NCBI RefSeq assembly: GCF_006345805.1
Contig: NW_021830455.1
Coordinates: forward strand, 1-64,000
DNA: 64,000 nt
Reading direction: 5' to 3'
Source: Octopus sinensis
Lineage: Eukaryota
The notes under the pieces are model-generated. The model worked only from the letters and a program-made list of their open reading frames with translations. It was not told the DNA's origin and made no database searches. Made by a program: the position numbers and the translations under genes. Positions 1-13,116 of the stretch are shown here, one piece after another. How positions within the stretch are numbered: the stretch's first letter is position 1; each line of letters starts with the position of its first letter.

Positions 1-236
1 AGAGATAGGTAGTTAGATAGATAGATATAAATAGAAGGATAGCTAGTGATAGAAGGAAGGTGAAGCGAAAGAAAGGACAGAAATTATAGATTACATTCCA
101 TCAAAAATGTTTGTATTTTCGTGTGTTATTATTGGAAATACGCACACACATACACACACATTCAAAGAGAGAGTAAGAGGGAAGAGACACACACATATGT
201 ACATATATATGTATATTTTTGCATATATATATATAC

Positions 237-294
<58 letters not shown>

Positions 295-531
295 GAGTTA
301 TTATGCTCACACACATATACATGTGTATGGTGTATGTATGTATGTAGGTTAGAGTGATATTTATGAAGCAATATTATAAAGGAGAGTCACGTGTCGATTT
401 TTTTTCTCTGCTGGTTTTCTTCATTCTGTTACTTTATAGGAATGTGGAAAGGGGACGAGGTATTTCTGATAAGTTAGCTGGAATATGATGAAACAATGTA
501 ATGCATACACATATATATATATGTATATATA

Positions 532-580
<49 letters not shown>

Positions 581-1485
581 AAGGTGATTGCAGGAGTAGA
601 TTTTTGGGGGATTGAGAAAGGAATGCAGAAACTGTAAGGAAACAGGCTGCAGTCAACTATTTAGAGAGGTAACCTGATAAAATATCGGACGTATAGCAGG
701 TTTGAACGGAGGACAAGACTCGGACATGACGTCGAAGTCTGTGGTAGAGAAGTTAGGAATGGAAGCGTAGAAATGCAGGAAGATTTTTGCATGAGAGAAG
801 AAAAAGCTTGAACAATATATTAGTCGTGAGCGAAAGAATAAATTATGGTACACGTGAGTGGAATATTGAGAGGTTTGAATAAAACTAACGGTGCGAAAAC
901 TTAAGATTAGAAAAAGGAGAAGCCAACTTACCTAATATACAAGAGGTAACTGCAAATCAGATAAACAAAGTCATTGTCATTAGACTTTAGAATAAAAAAT
1001 CACGGTCATGATTCATCACAGTTAGATAATGCTAAAAATAAATTAATGTCTGTGTGTACGTGTGCGTTTGTGTGTAGGTGTGTTTGTGTGTGGGTGTGTG
1101 CGCGTGTGTATGTGTGTGTGTGTGGTGTGTGTGTGTGTGTGTGTCTGTGTGTCTGTGTGTTTGTGTCTGTGTTCCTGTGCGCTCGCGTATGTTAACCAAA
1201 TGTAACTTAGACCCTCGTAACTTAGACCCGCACATTTAGAAGATTCATGAGCGTAACTTTGTACTTGAAAGCTTCGTTCAGATGCCTCTGTGCCTCGTAC
1301 CTACTTTAAAGAATGTGAAACGTGCAATATTGCAGTTCTACCCTACAGATTGTCAAAACAGCTAGCTGGAACCCATAACATTTTCTGAGTACACTTTACG
1401 TCTAGTTATATAGGCCTCTATATGAGTGTATACATACATACGTAAAAACATACATACATACGTACATGAAAATATACATACAATT

Positions 1486-2040
1486 TACAATGCCATCCGA
1501 AAAAATGACTGTTCTGAAATAAACTTAGAAAATTTCTCTGTTATGGAATAAATTCATAAACACCAACTCAAGGAATACTGGTGGAATATTCACATCAAAA
1601 CCTCTGTCAAATATAAACATAACAGGGTGGATGTTGTTGTTTGGGACAGAGGGGTAAAGATATGTACCATCATAGAGGTCAGCTGCCCTGCAGATATACT
1701 TATCTCTTTGAAAATCAAAGAAAAAAGGATATCTATGGACAACTGCTTCGAAATCTCTAGCTTTTCTATCCAGACTATGAATTCATATTCATACCAATAA
1801 TAATTGGAACACAAGGTTTTGTTAGTAAATGCTTAAAAGCGAATCTGGATGAATTGGGATTTTCAAAAAGAGAAACTGACCGGTTGATTTGTACATTACA
1901 AGTGTAATCTGTGAGTGGAGCAGTAAAAATATGCAAGACTTTTCTCAAGTTCCAAATGTGAATTTGCCTGTGTTGACTACATCCAAAGAATGGAGCCTTG
2001 TATCCTTGTTGGAAACCGGCTTCCCTCCTCAGTGGAAGAT
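1486..2040 (+). mobile_element. 3' end of an R4/Dong-like non-LTR retrotransposon (restriction-like endonuclease domain), decayed
   Basis: Manual translation: EYWWNIHIKTSVKYKHNRVDVVVWDRGVKICTIIEVSCPADILISLKIKEK / DIYGQLLRNL*LFYPDYEFIFIPIIIGTQGFVSKCLKANLDELGFSKRETDRLICTLQV*SVSGAVKICKTFLKFQM*. Fits the RLE pattern (RPD..., IIEVS.P.D, K..EK..Y, PIIIG..G); one frameshift and internal stops. Confidence 0.8.
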
Positions 2041-2324
2041 TTATACATGAATACATACACAAAGAGGCAAACACATACGTAGGTAATATACATGAAGTTA
2101 GACAACGGGAAGTTGTAGTATATTATAGGCAACAACATGACACATGTTACGATTTAGATTCTGATATATTTAAGTAAACCAATGATAAACATATTTTCTT
2201 TTCTTACAAATCGTTGAGGCATAGATTAAATTCCTACATCCATCCGTCCATCCATCCAACCATCCATATATACATACATGCATATATATATATATTTATA
2301 TATCCATCTGTGTATTGTTTTATT

Positions 2325-2485
2325 TATTCTTTCATTTGTTTCAGTCTTCTGACTGTGGCCATGCTGGAGCAGCACCTTTAATCGAAGAAATCGACCCCAG
2401 GACTTATTCGTTGTAAGCCTAGTACTTATTCTATCGGTCTCTCTTGCTAAACTGCAAAGTTACGGGGACGAAACACAGACACACA

Positions 2486-2517
<32 letters not shown>

Positions 2518-2680
2518 CGACGGGCTTCTTTCCGTTTCCGTCTACCAAATCCACTCTTATATGCACAAGGCTTTGGTCAGACCGAGGCTATAGTGGAAGA
2601 CACTTGCTTAAGATGCCACACAGTAGGACTGAACCCGGGACCATGTGGTTGGTTACCAAGCTACTTACCACACAGCGACT
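2325..2680 (-). mobile_element. tRNA-derived SINE family A (octopus OK/OR-type, name not verified), internally deleted
   Basis: Reverse complement starts AGTCGCTGTGTGGTAAGTAGCTTGG...GGTTCAGTCCTAC (A/B boxes), has the internal (TA)n and the shared 3' body CCAGCATGGCCACAGTC. Confidence 0.9.
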
Positions 2681-2689
2681 ACTATATGT

Positions 2690-3148
2690 ATATATATGTA
2701 TTATATATTTATATGTGTATATACATGTACATATCCATCCATCCATCTATCCATCCATCATCTATCTCTCTATCTCTCTACTCTTTCTATCTATCTATCT
2801 CTATCTATTATCTATCTATTTGTCTATCTATCTATCTTCAACCCCACTTATTTTTATTTCTCTCCTACGATCTTTTATACCTACCCTTCCCTTTTTTTTT
2901 TTTTTTTTTTTTAATACCTTCAAAAGAGCTCTTCTATCTATCTGTGCATCTAATAAAGATCTATTATCTCTCTATCTATATCTATCTATCTATCTTCTAT
3001 CTATCTATCTATCTATCATCTATATATCTATCTATCATTATCGATCTATCTATCTATCTATCTATCTATCTGTCTGTCTGTCTCTCTCTCTCCCTTTCTC
3101 TCTCTCTCAGTATCTAGCTAGCTATATGTCCATCCATCCATCCATCCA

Positions 3149-3188
<40 letters not shown>

Positions 3189-3235
3189 CATCTCTCTCCA
3201 TCCATCCATCCATCCATCTATCCATCCATGTGTTT
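2690..3235. repeat. Compound (TA)/(TCTA)/(CCAT)/(TC) microsatellite
   Basis: Direct reading of the sequence. Confidence 0.95.
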
Positions 3236-3859
3236 AACTCCCTCCTTCTTTTTCTGAGTGTATATATATACAATACACATTAAAATTTCTGATGTTAATA
3301 TGAAAAGGAGCTATGAAAAAAGAGGAAAAAGGAACTAAATATATACGTGTGTGTGTGTACGTTGGTGTGAGGGAGTGAGTGATTGAGTGTCTATGCGTTC
3401 GGGTGCGCATATATACATGCATGTATCTGTACATATATATATATATATGTGTGTGTGTGAGTATGTGTGTGTGTGTATGTGTGTATTATACAAAGTGTTT
3501 TATCTTTGATATCGTATAGCGCACGAGAACAGCACAAATACATCCATTAAATCCCATCCATTAAAATATGTATATATGTATGTATATGTCGTATGTATTG
3601 GATTTAATCGCCTGAACAGAAGACTTGTTCTTGTTACTTTCGAGTTGCCAGGGAGGAGAGATTTTATTACGTAATCTGTAACTAAACAATTATTGAAGCT
3701 GACACCGTCTTTCTTTTCTTCTCTTTTCTTTTCTTTCTTTCGTTCGTTCGCTCTCTTTTCTCTCCCTCCTCTCTTTCTTTCTTTCTTTCTTTCTTTCTCT
3801 CTTTCTCTCTTGCTGTATCTTATTCACTGCTTCATTACTCTACCATCGCCACCATCACA

Positions 3860-4006
3860 TAACTAAGGTACCGTCAGTATCATCAACATCCTCATCATCA
3901 CCATCGTCTTCATCGAAATCATCATCATCATCATCATCATCATCGACTTCAGAAGCAGCAGTGTGATAGTCATCCCCTAATTCCTCCTCCTCCTTCTCCT
4001 CCTCTT

Positions 4007-4037
<31 letters not shown>

Positions 4038-4440
4038 AGTAGCACTGTCTGTACAACCCCCCCCCCCCCACCCCCACCACCACTACCAATGCCACTACTA
4101 CAACCACCACCACTACCAACACCACCACCATTATCACCACTATCTGTATAATCACCAACACCACCACTATCCATCACTGCCACTACTACAACTACCATCG
4201 CCATCTTCACAACTGTACAACCACTACCATCACAAACACCAACATCACCACAACCACCTCCACCACCATCACCATCACTACCTTTACCACCATATCTGCC
4301 ACAATCGCTTCATCATCACTGCTACCACACCAGCCTCACACAACCACTCCGATCCCAACACCTCTGCTACATTCACCGCCATCACTCCACCACCAACCCA
4401 ATTCTCCACTAATATTATCAATCACTACTCACTAACTACG
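3860..4440. repeat. Degenerate (CAT)/(ACC) trinucleotide tract
   Basis: Direct reading of the sequence. Confidence 0.9.
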
Positions 4441-4950
4441 CCGATCAGTTACCACAAAACCGTCCAGAAAGCCTTTATTAAATTTTCCTTATCTGCATTT
4501 TGAGTTCGAATCCAAGTGGGATCTACTTTGTCGATTTGTTTTTGAATAGCGAACGCTTTAATCTACTTTCTACACTCTTTAGGTTTGGATGAGACAGATG
4601 ACACCTCTCACTTGCAAGGCTGTCAACATTTTACAGCAGAATGAATAAATAAATTGCAGTTAATAACAGACGTTATTGCTCGGAAGCGTTGTAAATTCAG
4701 ATTTCTTAATGGAAGTTGTATAAGACAATTTATTCTTGTTTGACTTCTTGGAGATATTCGTTTCGTTAAAATGAAAATAATAAAACAGTTTTAATGATGC
4801 TAGTAATGTCAAACTCGTTGCAAATTAGAAATTTTCAAATAGCCCAAGACATGGAGAGATAATCTCGCAGCACTGAAGGCAAAAGTAGTCACACATCTGG
4901 CGAAGGGAGAAAATCTCAAATCTAGCAAGGGGAGATAATTTCACATACCG

Positions 4951-5066
4951 CACGGCAACCCGAAATACGTTCGTAGCACCCACATATATTCATACCACCC
5001 ACGGTAACCCGACATAACTTCATATCGCCCACGACAAACCAACATACGTTTATATTGTCCACGGCA
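4951..5066 (+). repeat. Degenerate 30 bp minisatellite (CACGGYAACCCGAMATACGTTCATA...)
   Basis: Units start at 4951, 5000, 5030 and 5060, with a shortened 19 bp unit at 4981. Confidence 0.6.
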
Positions 5067-5175
5067 TAGGTCCTTTCGAGATCGATAAAATAAATAGTAG
5101 TTGTGTACTGGGGCCGATGAAATCAACTTATCCCTTACCCCCAAAATGCTGGCCTTGCGCCAATATTTGAAACCA
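5065..5175 (+). mobile_element. SINE family B, 3' fragment
   Basis: TCCTTTCGAGATCGATAAAATAAATAG...CTGGGGCCGATG...GGCCTTGCGCCAATATTTGAAACC matches the other B copies in the window. Confidence 0.7.
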
Positions 5176-5234
5176 CTATTTCGGTTTGTTTAGCAAGCTC
5201 TAGGTAACGCAATGTGGTTTTAATTCACGCTTAA

Positions 5235-5755
5235 CCCATTAACTACCAAATTCTTTTATTCATAATTTTTGGCTTTGCCAGTTGTCTAAGGAGTTAAAAT
5301 GATATAGAGTATTTAAAGTTTCTTCATCTGTGAATTATTTTCAAAATTATGATAAAATTTTCCAAAATTCTCAAATGGATCATCTCTGAAAGAATGCATA
5401 CTTATCTTTTTATATTCAATTGCAATAATAAACATTTCCGATTTTTTGAAACTGTAGTATCAAATGCGAACGTGTAGGAAATATCAATGAATGATATAGA
5501 TGGGAAATGCAAAAAAAAAAATCATTTTCAAAGCAGTCAATATTTTTGTTGATCAAAAATTGCGATTTATGACATAAAATGTCCTCTAAAATTACCCAGA
5601 GCTAATAATGACAACCTTTAATTAGTAAATATTGTTAAACACACCTCTGCAAATGCATTGTACATAAGCAATTCACTTTATTAAATATAACACAAACAAC
5701 CGGCAGTGAGGCTGTGCTTAGGAGATCCCGAAATAGGGCTCATGGCGGCAATGGG
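5235..5755. mobile_element. piggyBac-like non-autonomous element (MITE)
   Basis: TTAA at 5231-5234 and 5756-5759 flanks termini CCCATT...AATGGG; no coding capacity. Confidence 0.55.
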
Positions 5756-6524
5756 TTAATATTTTCTGTTCTTTTGACCAGAGAAAGAAAAATAGGGAGT
5801 CATCTTCAGAATCACTGATCCGGTCTGAATGGTTGCAACAGATTTACACAAAGTCCCACCGATCTACTCCTACGCAAGAACAGGATTATTCCCTGCAAAA
5901 GGCTTCGGCACAGTTTCTTTTAAGTGAATATCACCAACAAAACTTTGACTGGCCCGATGCCAAACCCATGCTGTAGTGCAAGAGAACCTCTTAACCACAA
6001 ATGCTATGTCCTTGAATCTACGCGTGTATTTATTGGAACTTTGCATAAAATGGTGAAGACCTTATGAACCCTAAGGCAGCAGGAACAACAAGGAAGCTAA
6101 TTTACTCCGAAATTACGTCCTACTGTTTTAAAATGACTTTCGAAAATACAGTTTCATTCTTCTTCCTATCTTACACAAGTCAAAGGTACTCTGAAAGATG
6201 ACTTTAGCTCTAACTCATCTTCTTCCCTTCTTAAGCCACTAAAGCTACATTTATCAGTAAGGTATTTCTCGCTCCTGTTTTCGCTTCGTTACTCAAATCA
6301 TGAGGGAGTCTTGTGAACTTGTGTTGCCATATGGTATATATTTGGTATCTCTGAGCAGATTTGAACACCTACATGCTTGTAGGTATATCATATTGTAGGA
6401 AAACATGCTTTTTATCAACACAGCCACGCCATCTCCTATTATGGAAGGAGTTCTGTCTATAACGATCCTGTTTCTCACTTTGCTTCCAACCATATTATCC
6501 AGTATCACTGTTCTTTATTTAGAG

Positions 6525-7017
6525 CGAGATTTGAGAGGAATTTGGCTGCTGTTTCTTGAATGTACAGCGATGGAGTATAGGCTTGCTCGATGTCACGTCT
6601 TTGATTTTTCTCCCAGATCAACTTGGTTAATCAGATTAGCCACGATAATCCCAGTGACGCGTCATTGTCCTGTAAAGAACTTAGAGCTGTTATTTCTAGC
6701 AGCTAGCTTGTTTCTGCTCAGAGACGGGCTTCCTTATAAGTGTGCATTGTTCCAATGTATCTATGTTTACTTAAAGGCAATAGGATGTGACTTAAGGGTA
6801 AATTTGGCTGTTATTTCTAGAAGATGCAGTGACCGAATATAAGCGTGCTTGCCGTCTTGTCTTAGCTTTTTCGCCCGAAATCATCATAATTAACCAGATC
6901 TATAACCGAAGGCATATCAACCACGGTAACCCCACTGACGCGGCATTGTCCAGTATGAGGAACATTTAGCTGCTATTTCTAGTTGCTGGCTCGATTCTGC
7001 TTGGAGACGGGCTTCCT
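6525..7017. repeat. Degenerate tandem duplication of about 280 bp with an internal subrepeat
   Basis: A 96 bp block CCACGRTAA.CCCASTGACGCG.CATTGTCC...GAGACGGGCTTCCT occurs at 6640 and 6921; the motif TTTGGCTGYTRTTTCT recurs near 6540, 6685, 6805 and 6965. Confidence 0.6.
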
Positions 7018-7554
7018 CATATGGCTCTCTTCAAAGTAATGTTAATATCACAACATGTTTATTAATTTCTCTTCTCACCAATGTAATATTTTATTAAACC
7101 AGTTTTATTATCATTGTTGATTTTTTTTCCTGTTTAGAATAAAAGCAAAAATACAACAAACAAAAAAGAGAAGAAAGAAATTCTCAGTTTCCTGTAAACG
7201 ATAATGGCTCTTTTGTCCTCCTCCTCCTCCTCCTCCTTCTCCTACTCCTACTCTTCCTCTTTCTCGATCTTCTGTTCTCCTCTTACTTGCACTCTCGTTC
7301 TCCTCTGGCTGTTCCTCTCTTGTCGTTTCGCTATAAACTGAAATTCTTTAACGTTGCCGATGGAAGAGGTGGCGGCTGTGGTGGTGGCGTCTGTGGCGGT
7401 GGCGGCGACTGCGGAGGCGGCGGCGGCGGCACGGATGACAAAGTAAATAGCAATACCAGGATTCAATATCTGAAATATAATATAGGTTTGATAAAATTCA
7501 CTTTTACTTCATTGAAAACAAAAAAATCAAAAAACAAAAACAAAAACAACTACA

Positions 7555-7935
<381 letters not shown>

Positions 7936-8275
7936 GTAATAATGATCGTAAACAAAGTATGACGGAGGAAAAAGAAGAATAAATGCCGAAATGTTGCGAC
8001 AAAAAAACAGTAACCATAAGAACAAAAACAGCAACAACAACAACAACAACAACAACAACAACGTCAGAACAGATAACATGCAGCGAAACTGGCAGATATC
8101 TTTCGCTTGGAACAGATTTCCTTTATCTGTTGTGTGTGTTTTGTTAATAGGATATATATATATATATATATATATGATATGATATATATGTGTGTATATA
8201 TGTAATATATATATATATTTATATATATATATATATACATATATGTATATATATATATATGTATATATATGTATG

Positions 8276-8310
<35 letters not shown>

Positions 8311-8817
8311 TATATATAGATATATATATATATGTATATATATGTATGCATATATATATATATATATGTATATGTATGTGTGTATATATGTAATATATAC
8401 AAACACACGTATATATATATACAGGTATCTTATTCTTGCCTTCAAGGTAGTAACAGCAGCAAACAATGCTAATAACAACAACAGCAGCAGCACCAGCACC
8501 AGCAGTAGCAGTAGCAGCAACAAAAACACCAACAACAAAAACCAAAGCAATTACAAAAACGCAACAAGGAACAATTGCCGGAATTATTAACGCTAGCAAC
8601 AGCTCCATAATTTCATACGAGGGATATTTTATGAATTGCGTTTTTAGAAAATCTATTCAATTTTAATGCCTTCTTGTCCTCCTGTCCTCACCAACTCTCC
8701 TGTTCAGCCCTGGCTTGTGCTTCCTCTGTTTCTCTGTTTGTGTCTATCTCGGTCCTTGTCTACCTGTCTGCTTCTCTGTCTGTTCATCCCTCTCTGTGCC
8801 TTTCTCTTTGTTTCTTC

Positions 8818-8853
<36 letters not shown>

Positions 8854-8870
8854 ATATATATATATATATA

Positions 8871-8923
<53 letters not shown>

Positions 8924-8938
8924 TACATTCATACATAC

Positions 8939-8982
<44 letters not shown>

Positions 8983-9109
8983 GTGTGTGTGTATATGTAT
9001 ATGTATGTATGTATATATATATATATATACATATATGTATATATATATATATATATGATATCCACATAAATACTTATGTATATTTATCTATCTTTATATA
9101 TATGAACAT

Positions 9110-9191
<82 letters not shown>

Positions 9192-10308
9192 ACACGCACG
9201 CGCATACGTACACACACGTATACACATGCATACCTACACATATATACATATACCTGTGTTTGTATATGTTTGTGCGTGTGAGTGTATGTTTGGATGTGTG
9301 GACGTGTTTGTGTGTTTGTGTTTGTTTATCCATACACCCCCCATACAACACTATTCTGCTCTCAGCAACAATGGAAGACAAGCGAAGGGACATAACCCAA
9401 GTGCATATATATTAGACGTGAGACAATTGATAGACAAATAAAGATTTCAAAGGATGTGTTTGCTTTTATTAATTAGAATCACTCGGGAGTTGCTACTTCG
9501 TTCATCGAGTCTTTGGGTCCATAACCATCATTTTTGGGATATGAAAATAAGGATACTGTAAAACATTTAAGGATTTATTAAAAGCATTTCCGATCGTGAT
9601 AATAATTTCTCAAGAGCGCTGATGACACTCCTTCTTCAGGTAAATGTTTCGGTCTTTAACATCTTTCACTCGAAAGAGGCTGGACCGTATCTGGGTCATG
9701 ACTCCTAGGTGTCCTTCTACTGGAACTTTTTAGCCTCTTTGATATCGGAGCTTTGTGCATTTCAACTGCTTGGAGATTTCGTCAAGTTGTGCCTCCTCTC
9801 CGCTGACATAGCTTTCACACATGTACTTGAAGAAGAAATAACGTTCGTTGTCATGGTAGCAACGAAATATCAACGCTATTACAATAACTCACTCGGAATC
9901 GCTTCCATAAGTGTTTATATACAAAAATATTGCCTTCAAAATCTATCAACAAATATAGAAGATTTATGTATTTAATGCCTGTCTCCGACTTCCACCGCCT
10001 ACCTTCCAGTCCTACACTTCTATAACATAAGTACATTTTATGCGATGACTTGGTAGGCCAAGTAGAGAGTGTAGTCGCTATTGTAGATACCACGGGTGTG
10101 AAATGAAATAGTCTGCGCAGTTAATGATTTCCACCTCAGCTGTTTTAGTGTCGGTAACTGATCTCGAACGCTTTTCGCATTTTCAGCTTTCTTTACGTAG
10201 GTTTTAGTTACATAAAGAGAACAAAAACGCTGTAGTTGATATTTGAGTGTCAAAGAAAATTGAAATGATTTCAACAACTTGATTAATTTCACAAAATTAA
10301 TTCATATA

Positions 10309-11016
10309 TTAGGTTGGCAACTAAGTTCGCGCCGTTTTTTAAAATTTGGGAATCTATTTTTTTCGAGAATTCTATTTTTGAATCATTTTGGAATCTTAGT
10401 TAATTTTAGTTAATCTTTGTTTATTTTCAGATCATTAAAATGGAATGTGAAGTTAAGAAAAACGAACATTTTTAATACCTCCATCTTTTTTCTTTTAATC
10501 AAATTTCTAAGGCCGCAAAAGCTGCTAGCGACATTTGCGCTGTGTATGGAGAGGGTGCCATAGCTGAAAGAACCGCTCGTGATTGGTATGCCAAGTTAAA
10601 AAAATGGAAATTTTGACCTCAAAGACGCACCTCGTTCTGGCCGACCAGTTGAATTAGATGAAGAGCGATTAAACCAACTTTTGCACGAAAATTCTCGTCA
10701 AGCGACAAGGGAGAGAAAATGGCAGAGAAAATGGAATGCTCCCACACTGCTATAGAGAAGCATCTTCACTCGATGGGAAAGGTTCAGAAGTATGGAGCAT
10801 GGGTTCCGCATGCTTTAAGTGACAACAACAAAAATCAACGATCCACAATCACCGCTGGTTTGCTTGCTCGTCACTGCTCAACTCATGGACACAAATAATG
10901 ATTTCTTTACCGAATCGTTACTGGCGACGAAAAATGGTGCCTGTACATCAATATGAAGCAGCGTAAGGAATGGCTTAGCCCGGGTAAACAAACGAAACCG
11001 CGCGTGAAACAAGATC
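10309..11016 (+). mobile_element. mariner (DD34D-type) transposon, 5' half with decayed transposase
   Basis: TA plus TIR-like TTAGGTTGGCAACTAAGTTC. ATG at 10440 then ...RSGRPVELDEERLNQLLHEN...GAWVPHAL...FLYRIVTGDEKWCLYINMKQRKEWLSPG (WVPHEL and VTGDEKW motifs), with frameshifts and stops; truncated near 11016. Confidence 0.93.
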
Positions 11017-11531
11017 GTTGGAAAGAGAAGCTTCATACCACACAGCTACGTCATATATATATATATTATATATATATATATATATACTCTCACGCGACCG
11101 GCGGTCAACTAGCCTTTCGGCTTGTGACCACCACCACGACAACAACGTTTTCATCGTCTGCCGCAAAGGCATTGTTTTCCAAATAAGCCAGCTAAGCTAA
11201 GTTGAACTGTCTATAGTCGTAAGACACCCGCTGTTTTTGTCCTGTTATTACTATTATTGTTTTTTGTATTTATATTCGTGTGGCATCGTCCGTTTTTCTG
11301 TCCTTGTTTCGTATACATTCGATCCTTTTTCCCAAAAAATCTAATGCTCGTAGCTTAGTCTTTCCTTGGGGCTGGCCGGATCGGAGCGATCTCAAGATTA
11401 ATCAGCCGAAATTGCGAGGATGATTCGGTTCTTGACTGAAGATTAGAGGCTTCGAATGACCCGTCCATTTCTTGTGTCGTCTCTTTGAATGTTTTGCGTT
11501 CTTGTCCCATTTTGCATTTTTATATATTTTT

Positions 11532-11604
<73 letters not shown>

Positions 11605-11648
11605 CACACATATATATATACATACATACATACATACGTGCATACATA

Positions 11649-11695
<47 letters not shown>

Positions 11696-12052
11696 GCAGC
11701 ATATTTCTTTGCTGTGACACTCGACTAGGTACCATAAAGTATGCCGTTGCCAGGCAGATGGAATAAAGTTATGAAGCCTCAGTTGGAATCAAATTTCAAA
11801 CACAAATAACTTTTCATGGTGATGTTCTATTAATTAGTTTACCGTCTGGTCCGCAATTTACTATTTGTATGCACCACCACCACCACCACCGCCACTATCA
11901 TCTTTTAGCTTCCTCCCATCAGCCTCCTCCTCTTCCTTCTGTTTCCCTTATCAGCACCACATCCCAGCTGTTCAAAGTTGTTCTGTTGACAGCTGATCAT
12001 CACAAACAAGCTCTCCTTTCCCACCTCTCTCCATTTTCTTCTTCTTCTTTTT

Positions 12053-12087
<35 letters not shown>

Positions 12088-12739
12088 TTCTGTTCCGCCT
12101 CCCATCCTCCTCTTTCTATGGTTTTTGTTTTTTTTTCTCTGTCCACCCCCCCCCCCTAACCCTTTACTTAGGCGTCATTATACAACAAACAGCCATTAGA
12201 ACTGTCCCACCCCGATATAAGCAGCTGCAAATGCTTCCGTCTCAGACCGTCGATTACCAAACATTCAAATCAGCGGCGACGAAAAGGCCGAGTTATAAGT
12301 AAAACATCAGCTGCACCATCAATTGTTTTAATTGCAGTTTATCCGTTTCGTGACCATATTTTTAATGAGATGCGCAGTCGATGACTTGCAATTAATTAAA
12401 AAAATATATTATAATCAATATTTGGCGGAGAGGGCGATTTTTGTAAGAAAAAATCTAATTTTGTCATTATTAAGCTAATGTTTGGAAGATAATATGTCAA
12501 AAGCGTTTTACATTGAATTTTTCAGAGATTGCCTCTGTTCTTCATCTTTTATCTTTCATTCGTTCCAAATATTAGATAGCGGCCATTGCCTTTTTTGTTT
12601 GTTTCTTTGTTTTGTTTTGTTTTGTTTTGTTTTTTTTGTTAAAGTCTGATACTTATTCTACGAATCTTTTGGAGCGAACCATAAGTTACGGACACGTAAA
12701 CACACCAACATCGGTTGTCAAGCATACACATAGATCTAA

Positions 12740-12845
<106 letters not shown>

Positions 12846-13029
12846 TATTCTAAACGAATAGGTACGCTGGGTAAGTGCTATAGTTGCTTGACCACTAGGT
12901 TCCAAAATCACAATTAAGGCTGGATCTAGGGCTCCGTGTTAGGGTTCTGTTTTAGCATTTACATATTTTATTGAAGAAAAAAAATCATAACCAAGGCAGA
13001 ATGAGAATCTGAATATTCATAACTTGTCT

Positions 13030-13116
13030 CTGCTGACGCAACTGGTACTTAATTTATCGACCCCGAAACAATGAAAAGCAAAGTCGACCTCGGCGGAATT
13101 TGAACTCAGAACTCAG
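13030..13116 (-). mobile_element. SINE family B fragment
   Basis: Reverse complement: TTCTGAGTTCAAATTCCGCCGAGGTCGACTTTGCTTTTCATTGTTTCGGGGTCGATAAATTAAGTACCAG. Confidence 0.85.

Noticed and set aside
560-853. Possible CR1/Zenon-like LINE 3' relic on the minus strand
   Set aside because: Only vague resemblance; cannot be supported without alignment.
6293-6600. Minus-strand LYIQET and DGVAVLIK resembling an APE endonuclease
   Set aside because: The QET segment comes from the dispersed TTTGGCTGCTATTTC repeat; the frames are discontinuous and other motifs are missing.
9615-9670. CTGATGA, CTTCTTCAG and GTTTCGG motifs suggesting a hammerhead
   Set aside because: Core and GAAA are in the wrong order and no stems close on either strand.
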